64,000 bases of DNA, taken from Sphaerodactylus townsendi (taxonomy: Eukaryota). Below are positions 59,420 through 64,000 of this stretch, piece by piece; the stretch's first letter is position 1, and each line of letters opens with the position of its first letter. The stretch is taken from assembly GCF_021028975.2 (NCBI RefSeq), contig NC_059426.1:31372001-31436000 (forward strand), written 5' to 3'. The notes beneath the pieces were generated by a model, which was not told the origin of the DNA, searched no databases, and saw only the letters and a list, made by a program, of their open reading frames with translations. Made by a program: the position numbers and the translations under genes.

Positions 59420-61260
59420 GTTTTTTTGTCTCTCAGCACTGGTATTCAAGGGTTGCTGCCTCTGTACATGGAGGATCCATTTTGTTATTGTCCCTAATAA
59501 ATACATGACTGTGTATAATCATCTTTTAAAGCCATCTATCCTCGTGGCCATCACTACATCCTTCTTCTTCCTAGCGTTGTACCATTAATGCAGCGTCTGC
59601 TGCTTGGATTTTTAATTGCCACTTCTCTCGATTGAGCGCGATGTCTGGTTGTAGGCTTGTAATTTTCAGATCTGCATTGATGGTATCTTGCCATCAATGC
59701 TTTGGCCGTCCGTGTGGCCACCAACTGGTAACCTCAATGTGATAGGCGATGCTGGCAACAGTATCTGGGGCTGCTTGTCGGACATGGCAGGCACCTCTCT
59801 CTCATTTGTGCCTGGATGGGCACGATGCCAAATTGTTTTCGGACCATGTCATTGGTGTTGTGGTCAACGAGGGATACACCCAGTATCCGGGGAATCATGC
59901 ATGTTTCTATGACATGGAGTCGTCTCTCAGCCGCTTTTGTTACGGGCCAGCACTCTGACCCATAGAGTGCTATGGGGCAGACCGTAGTCTTGTAGATTTT
60001 TGACTTCAAGTGTATAGGCATTTTCTTATCACAAAGAAAATCACTACATCCATTGGCTGTGAATTCCCCAAGATAAGTACTCTTTGGATGAGGCAGTACT
60101 TCCTTTTGTTTACCCCAAATCGACTGCCCATCAGTTTCACTAAATGCCTGCACATTCTAATATTATGGAAGTCGGACAATATTATCTCTATCCACTTCCT
60201 CCATCCTATCCTTAATTTTATAAATCCCTATCATGTTCTCTCTCAGTTTTCTATGCCCTAAACTTAAAAGCTCCAGATTACTCACTCAAACCTCTTGATC
60301 ATTTTAGATGCCCTTTCTGCACCTTTTCCAGTACTACAACAACCTTTTTAAATATATGAACAGTTCACAATACTCCAAATGCAGCTGCACCATTACAATA
60401 CCTGCTATTTTATTTGTCTTTGATAACTAGTTTATCAATGAAGTAAATAAATAAACGTTTATAATTGACAATGAATGAGTCAACATTTTCATCAAGCTAT
60501 CCATTCAAAGGCATATTTCCTGGTCAATCACCACTTCCTCAAAGTGCATCAGAGTCAAATAAAAAATCGTCACAATGTGAATCACTTCAGACTCACACAG
60601 AACTTCATTTTCCACATTGTAACCTTCATATTGGCAAAATTCAGTCAATTTGCAGAGACCTATTTGGAGCTTTTCACAATCTGTTTTGGTTCTTTTCATC
60701 CTAAATAATGTAGTTTCATCTACAAATATGGCTTTGTAGCCTGATTGCTCACCCACAACTAAAGATCATTTACAAATAGCGCTGGTCCAAATACCAACTG
60801 CTGTAGAATCTCACTTCTGACTCCCCTGCATTGCAAGGACTGCCCATTTATGTCCACTGTCTGCCATGTGGTGCTTATTCTGTTGCTAAATCAAAGGTAG
60901 ACCTGTCCTGTTATCCCATTGGTGCTAGTGCTATATTTCCTCAAGAGCCTTTAGTGAGGGACTTGGTCCAAAGTTCTTTGGAAGTAGAAGAATACAACAT
61001 ATGCCAGATATTGTCCATATACCCTTACAAAGAACTACAAAAGACTGGAAAGATAGGACTTCCTTTAAAGAAGCCATGCTTATTCATCCTCAAGGGCTTG
61101 TTCTTCCATGTGATTAAATTGTGTTATCTTTAACAACAGTTTCCACCTTTGTACCCAAACTGATATTAACTGGTCTATAATTTCCTCTGTCTGCTCTGAA
61201 TGCCCTTTTGAAAATGGCCATTATATTTGTTATTTCAAGGGAAGGGTGGCCAAATTTATA
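59420..61260 (-). mobile_element. Old degenerate CR1 ORF2 fragment interrupted by an RTE insertion
   Basis: IFK...D.GNYRPV and F.D.T.L...DCEKLQ..L motifs; CR1 3'UTR-like sequence near 59420-59560. Confidence 0.8.
59562..60039 (-). mobile_element. 5'-truncated RTE-clade LINE (non-BovB type)
   Basis: LCDKKMPIHLKSKIYKTTVCPIALYGSECWP..ERRLHV; (GAA)n tail; 12-bp TSD atcactacatcc. Confidence 0.88.
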
Positions 61261-63204
61261 CTTAGAAAAAATAGTATAAAATATTTTTAGCAAGGAGATA
61301 ATTTGTTCAGCCACTCAGAAGCTCAACAAGCATATAACAGTGGAAACCCAGGCAGTTAAAATTTATGTCTGTTCTTCATGTAGTTTGTTAATTGAACTAC
61401 CTCATGTATTGCTTTGGTTCTGGAAGGCCTTCATCAAATTTCACACTTTCTGTTGCAAAGATCATTGTTGCTGATTGCATTTCTATACGTTTCCCAGCAG
61501 CAGCCCATACCTTGACAGCAATTATTCGTCAGCGGGCAGTCCATAATTCATGTCACTCAGCAGCGCATGATTGAAACAGACATCACTTCTCCTAAGCATT
61601 CTGAAAATGCACCATCATGAATCAATTATGCCCTGTTTGTCCTCAGTGTTCACATAATTTACATGAGAAAATTGGTTTGGGTATCTGAGCCATTTCCCCT
61701 GGCTTTTACTAGAATGTGATTCCACAGTCCTGGAGTGGAAGAGCTTTTTGAATGAAGAGTGGGGCAGACAATAGATACACACACAAAAAAAGGTGTGTGG
61801 AATGAAAATATAAAGTCGCTTCCTGGCAAGACGTCTCATGGACTGCTGTGCAGAACGGATCATAGAGAACTAGGCCTGCCACACTTTAAAAAATGGTCAC
61901 ACTTCATAAACGGTTGTACACCTGGTCTGCCATTGAGGTGCTCTAATGTGAAACAGAGCATTAGAGTGTGTGATTCTAAAGGCCTACTGAACTTGAACCT
62001 ACACTGTTACTGGACTTCCACTGCAAATCAAAGATGCTCTTGAAACTATGTACACAAACGGCTGTCTTATCTTCATGGGACTGAACCTGTGCTCCCACAA
62101 ACAAAGGAAGTTGACAAGTGGATATAGCCCAGCTTTCCCTTCTCTACTAAACCTTTCCATTAAGCCACAGCTGAAGTTCTGGAGATCCTTTGGAACAATA
62201 TTTCGAGCTCTTGAGTACATATTTATCCTTTGCTCCAAAAATGTACATGGTTCTCCCTTCCCATTACACTATAACCATGTGAGACCGATAGGGTTGAGAG
62301 AGATTGACTTGCCCAAGACTACCCAGAATGCTTCAGGGCAGTGTGGGGATTTGAACTACTACAGCAGTCTGGTTCTCACCAATATGCATGCAGTATAGGA
62401 AGCTGCATCGAGAAGGGAAAAGAGCGACCGGGAACACACACACACACACACACACCCCGCCGCAGTTGCAGCCTGGGATGGGCATGAAGAGGTCTTTGGC
62501 ATCCGCCTTAGTAAGGGCGGATGAGGGCCTCTCGGCCATACATCATAAGGGCAGGGCACATCAGCAGGGGGAGGCCGGCCTGACCTTACATAAGGCTGAG
62601 CTGGCCTTTGTGCCCTGGCCGGCCAGCAACTCGAACATTGAACAAGTCACCCTCTCTCCACTTCTCTGTGAGCTTTTGCTCTGCTTGTGCAAGTCTGTAA
62701 GTATGTAATATATCTGGGTTGTAGTCAGGGGAGATTCCCCTTTCTTGATACAAGCCCTACTGAGGTTGTGTCAACATGGCTTCTTTAAAGGGATGTCTTG
62801 TCTGATTAACCTTTTGGTGTTCATTGAAAAGATCAACTAATGTATGAACAATGGTAATCTTTCACATATTATAGACTTGGACTTCCAAGTTCCAAACCAA
62901 ATGCTTCTGATAAAATGTAGCACTGATGAGTATTTATATTTGTACAGGTTTTGCGTGGTATTGAATAAGTTGTGAGCTGCGCTGAACCCATGAAAGGAAG
63001 TTATGCTTCCATGAAACCCCTGTTTGCAGGACCTGGTTTACAACTCACTAATAATATCATAGTGCTGATTCACACATGTATATACACAATTCCCATCATT
63101 TGATATCTTATCTCCTGATAGTTGGGAGCTGAATGTGGGAACCTAAAGAGATAGGTTTGGCAGGATACAAACTATCCACTCAGTCTAGCATCCAGTTTGA
63201 TATG

Positions 63205-63335
63205 NNNNNNNNNNNNNNNNNNNNNNNNNNNNNNNNNNNNNNNNNNNNNNNNNNNNNNNNNNNNNNNNNNNNNNNNNNNNNNNNNNNNNNNNNNNNNNNN
63301 NNNNNNNNNNNNNNNNNNNNNNNNNNNNNNNNNNN
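63205..63335. other. Assembly gap (131 N)
   Basis: Run of N. Confidence 1.
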
Positions 63336-64000
63336 AAGAACAAGCCAGCTGGATCAAACCAAAGTCCATCTAGTCCAGCTCTCTGCTACTCGCAGTGGCC
63401 CACCAGGTGCCTTTGGGAGCTCACATGTAGGATGTGAACCATAATGGCTCTTCTCGCGGCTGTTAAGCTCCCGAAAGCACCTTACTTTCCTGGTCTGTTA
63501 AGGCATTTGCAATCTCGAGATCAAGGGAGGATCAAGATTGGTAGCCATAAAATCGACTTCTCCTCTCCATAAATCTGTCCAAGCCCCTTTTAAGAAGAGC
63601 TATAGTCCAGGTTAGTGGCCATCACCACCTCCTGTGAGCAGCATATTCCAAACACCAATCACACGCTAAGTGAAGAAGTGTTTCCTTTATTAGTTCTAAT
63701 TCATTCTTCCCCAGCATTTTTTCAATGAATGCCCCTGGTTCTAGTATTGCCAGGAGAAAGAGAGAAAAATTTCTCTCTGTCAACATTTTCTACCCCATGC
63801 ATAATTTTGTAGACTTCAATCATATCCCCCCTCAGACGTCTCCTCTCCAAACTAAAGAGTCTCAAACGCTGCAGCCTCTCCTCATAGGGAAGGTGCTCCA
63901 GTCCCTCAATCATCCTTGTTTGCCCTTCTCTGCACTTCTTTCTATCTCCCTCATCCTATCCTTTCTGAGATCGCGGCATGACCATGAGACTGGACACAGT
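63336..64000 (-). mobile_element. CR1 LINE 3' part (same subfamily as 13572), indel-rich, next to the gap
   Basis: GLEHLPYEERLQRLRLFSLERRRLRGDMIEVYKIMHG; colinear with 13572-14018. Confidence 0.9.

Noticed and set aside
61511-61600. 90-nt segment on the - strand with good acceptor and donor, containing MDCPLTNNC (resembling the NOSTRIN N-terminus MRDPLTDC)
   Set aside because: Stops occur in all three through-reading frames, the phase is incompatible with the 58911 exon, and no exon-2 equivalent was found between them. At most a non-coding or poison exon, and unsupported.

Overview
Vertebrate (not prokaryotic) genomic DNA. The repeat content (Squam3-like SINEs, CR1, Penelope-like fragments, many hAT and Harbinger MITEs) points to a squamate, most likely a gecko (inference). 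The window holds the conserved G6PC2-SPC25-NOSTRIN block. G6PC2 (- strand) has coding exons 1-2 and its promoter here, and the rest runs off the left edge. SPC25 (+ strand) is complete, with 6 coding exons, 226 aa and a CCAAT/E2F promoter. NOSTRIN (- strand) has 14 coding exons from the F-BAR domain to the SH3 domain and stop codon; the first two exons were not found and are probably off the right edge. Exons were assembled by hand from splice signals, phase continuity and recalled similarity to the human proteins. Most entries of the six-frame ORF track are spurious. The rest is intronic or intergenic DNA rich in transposons, many with readable target-site duplications (TSDs), plus a 131-N gap. 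I found no convincing new multi-gene system. The best leads are a SPIN MITE carrying a captured MIR/CORE-like filler, a non-BovB RTE nested in CR1, a GC-AG intron in NOSTRIN, Penelope fragments with hammerhead-ribozyme remnants, a 1.7 kb hAT element with two internal tandem arrays, and an inverted SINE pair between the converging SPC25 and NOSTRIN 3' ends.
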